64,000 bases of DNA from positions 22,878-86,877 of the forward strand of contig CAVQGX010000014.1 in assembly GCA_963712115.1 (NCBI GenBank), given 5' to 3'. The notes beneath the pieces were generated by a model. That model had not been told where the DNA came from and did not search any database. It saw nothing but the letters and a program-made list of their open reading frames with translations. This DNA is from an uncultured delta proteobacterium (GTDB taxonomy: Bacteria; Desulfobacterota; Syntrophobacteria; BM002). Positions 61,453-64,000 of the stretch are shown piece after piece. Position numbers and translations under genes: made by a program. Position 1 is the stretch's first letter. Each line of letters begins with the position of its first letter.

Positions 61453-63436
61453 ATGGCAGAGTTCGAGCCCATTCGTTTCGGAAAATATCTCATTCTTGAC
61501 AAAATCGCCACAGGCGGCATGGCTGAAATGTATCTGGCCAAGATGACCAGCCTCGAAGGTTTCGAAAAGCTTGTTGCCATCAAAAAAATCCTGCCAAACC
61601 TCACACAGGACAAAAATCTGGTCAAGATGTTCATTGACGAGGCCAAGCTCGCCGCCATGCTCTTCCACCAAAACATTGTCCAGATCTACGACCTTGGCAG
61701 CATGGAAGGCGCCTATTTTATTGCCATGGAGTACATTCACGGCAAGGATTTGCGGGTCCTCGGCAGGAAGGCCAAAGAGAGAAACCTGCCACTCCCCCTG
61801 GAGTACGCCCTCTACGTCACCTGTCGAATCTGTTCGGGCCTTGATTATTCACACAATCTCAAGGACTTTCAGGGAAATCCCCTCGAGCTCATCCACAGGG
61901 ACATCAGCCCGCAGAACATATTGGTCACCTACCAAGGTGAGGTAAAAATCGTCGATTTCGGGATCGCCAAAGCTGCCAAGAAATCGTCAGACACCAAGGA
62001 AGGGTTGATCAAGGGCAAGGTATCTTACATGTCCCCCGAACAAGCGGCCGGAAAACCCATAGATAACCGCTCTGACATCTTTTCCACCGGTATCCTTCTT
62101 TATGAGATGGTCACCGGGAAGCGCATGTTTGAGGGGGACGATTTGCAGGTTCTGGAGCGGGTGCGCAAAGCAGATTTTGAGCCTGCCGAGAATATCGTCC
62201 CAGACCTGCCCCGGGAGGTGGGCGAAATACTCGATCGGGCCCTGGCTAAAGGGGTTACTCGCCGTTACAAGTCCTGCATTGAGATGCTTGCTGATCTGGA
62301 GGCGTGCCTGGCTGCCTTCCCAGTCCGGCCCAGTGCTGAAGGTCTTTCCCAATACATGAAGGCTCTATTCGCTGAGGAGATTGCTGCCGAGGCTGCCGCT
62401 CTCCAGCGCGCTGAAGTTCAACTTTCCGCATTCAAAGGAAAACCAGTTTCTGAGGCGCAAACAAAGACTCTGCAGATATTGGAGCACATCGAACCAGTAC
62501 CTACCAAAAAAACCGAGGTGCCCCGCAGCACGCACAGGCTCTGGCTTGGTACCTGGGCAGCAGTCATGGTGGTGGGTGCGGTTGTCCTCGCTCTCCTCAT
62601 AAAGCAGAAACCTTCTTCAGCGCCAGGCCAGAACAAACCATTTGCAGCAGTTAAGACTAATGAGGTATTGCCACCCGCCAAGACCAAACCTTCGGTTGCG
62701 CCTGAACCGACCAAGCGCGACCAAGCCTTGGAGGCTTTGGAGAAAAAGCAATTTGCCAAAGCAGCAGCACTTTTTGAAGAAATTCTTGCCAGTGAGCCTG
62801 GAGAGAAGCAAGCAATCGCCACCCCTTACGCCCAGGCACTAGTGGGTGGAGCAACCAGTATATTAGATACTAAACCGAAGCAGGCGGAGGCTTTGCTGAT
62901 AAAGGCGGCCGATCTCGATCCTAAAAATGCTGAGGCCCATTTTTATTTGGGAAAGCTGTACACGTCAGCGAAAGATATTGCCCAAGGCTATACGGGCTTA
63001 TGATAAAGCTATCGGCCTGGATCCTTACTTTACCGATGGGTTCTTCAATCTCGGCTTTCTCTATTACGCAACCAAGGCTTACGCCAGGGCTGAACAAATG
63101 TTTGGCAGGGTTGTGGAACTCCAACCTTCCTACTTAGACGAGGCCTATTTCAACCTGGCAGTGGTCCAAAATTTGCAGGGTAAAAACGAGGAGAGTATTA
63201 GAAATTTGGAGAAAGCTCTGGAGGTAAACCCTGCTAACAAAAGAGCAAAGAAGTTTCTGCTTCGCATTAGGCGCACTTCAGAAAATGGCAGTAAAACAAA
63301 GCAGTCGGAAAATCAGAATATTATTACTGCTAGGGCTGGTATTCACCCTGACACTTTCGGGCTGCGCCACAGTGGACAAATATGTACAGCAAATAAACCA
63401 AAAACTGCCTTCCTGGGCCAAAAGCTCCGAGTCTAA
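61453..63436 (+). CDS. Membrane Ser/Thr protein kinase with C-terminal TPRs; frameshift near 62975
   Basis: ATGGMA, VAIK, HRDISPQN, DFG, YMSPEQ; TM; TPRs continue in ORF 62927..63436 (true stop uncertain). Confidence 0.88.
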
Positions 63437-64000
63437 AGCTTCCTATCACTATCACAAGGTACGCTATTCCGGCGAATCCCTTTCGGTTATTGCCGAATGG
63501 TATACGGGAGACGTTGAAAACTGGCCTTATCTGGCAAAGGCAAATTCAAAAATAGACCCGGATCACATTACCATCGGAACAACTGTCCTAATACCCAAAA
63601 ATCTCCTCCACACCAATAAACCCATGCCCCAGGAGTTCGTGGAGGCAGTTGCCAAAAGGCACAAAAACGAGAAAGCCCAGGTTGCCAAGGCACCTCCTAA
63701 GCCTGCGTACTACTACCACAGAGTAAAGTACTCAGGTGAAACACTCTCGATAATCGCCAAATGGTACACCGGTGATGTGGAAAATTGGCAGGCACTGACA
63801 AAGGCGAACCCCAAGCTTGACCCGGACCGCATCAACGTTGGTGACAAAATCCGTATACCGAAAAAGATTCTCAACACAAGAAAACCAATGCCTCGAAGTT
63901 TTGTTGTCGCTTCAACGAAAAAAAAGCAAACAAAGTCATCCTCGACTACTCCTTCCGAAGTCAAAACCACCAAGACTGCCAAAAAAGAATCAGAGTCATC
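63285..64000 (+). CDS. Lipoprotein with two LysM domains (runs off the window)
   Basis: MAVKQSS...LSGC lipobox; two repeats H.V.YSGE.LS.IA.WYTGDVENW..L.KAN..DPD.I.IG..I.IP. Confidence 0.85.
   Translation, partial: MAVKQSSRKIRILLLLGLVFTLTLSGCATVDKYVQQINQKLPSWAKSSESKASYHYHKVRYSGESLSVIAEWYTGDVENWPYLAKANSKIDPDHITIGTTVLIPKNLLHTNKPMPQEFVEAVAKRHKNEKAQVAKAPPKPAYYYHRVKYSGETLSIIAKWYTGDVENWQALTKANPKLDPDRINVGDKIRIPKKILNTRKPMPRSFVVASTKKKQTKSSSTTPSEVKTTKTAKKESES

Noticed and set aside
142-63003. Frameshifts in prsK, the 13161 gene, ExeA-OmpA and the kinase as programmed frameshifting or phase variation
   Set aside because: No slippery heptamers or long homopolymers at the junctions; several independent single indels are better explained by long-read assembly error, though pseudogenisation cannot be excluded without reads

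Overview
64-kb bacterial window, most consistent with a Desulfobacterota-like (deltaproteobacterial) genome; this is inferred from gene content. Core genes: a PEP-CTERM/exosortase system (prsK, prsR, PrsT-like TPR protein, two PEP-CTERM genes, exosortase, epsI, nucleotide-sugar dehydrogenase), two ExeA-like ATPases, a TAXI binding protein, CFI-box-CTERM surface proteins, six PilZ proteins (one fused to FHA), a DEAD-box helicase, a DD-carboxypeptidase, a Ser/Thr kinase-TPR and a LysM lipoprotein. Three IS elements are present (IS1595, IS3, IS630). About 12 toxin-antitoxin-type gene pairs sit as small cassettes among intergenic mosaics of short repeat modules. The most striking unexplained signal is a family of 12 (+1 partial) non-coding elements, mostly 125-138 nt, closed by GATCGCTTAA...TTAAGCGATC. 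Their sequences diverge but they keep a covarying branched fold with three inner hairpins. They occur in flip and flop orientation behind the same flanks, include one chimera, and have an empty/filled site pair with a CGCAGAC duplication. Also notable are a 12-bp-IR-bounded GIY-YIG mini-element inserted into a four-helix-bundle gene, and two candidate sigma54-dependent sRNAs, one carrying anti-Shine-Dalgarno motifs. Several single-indel frameshifts suggest assembly errors. All calls are from reading the sequence by eye; no searches or folding programs were run.
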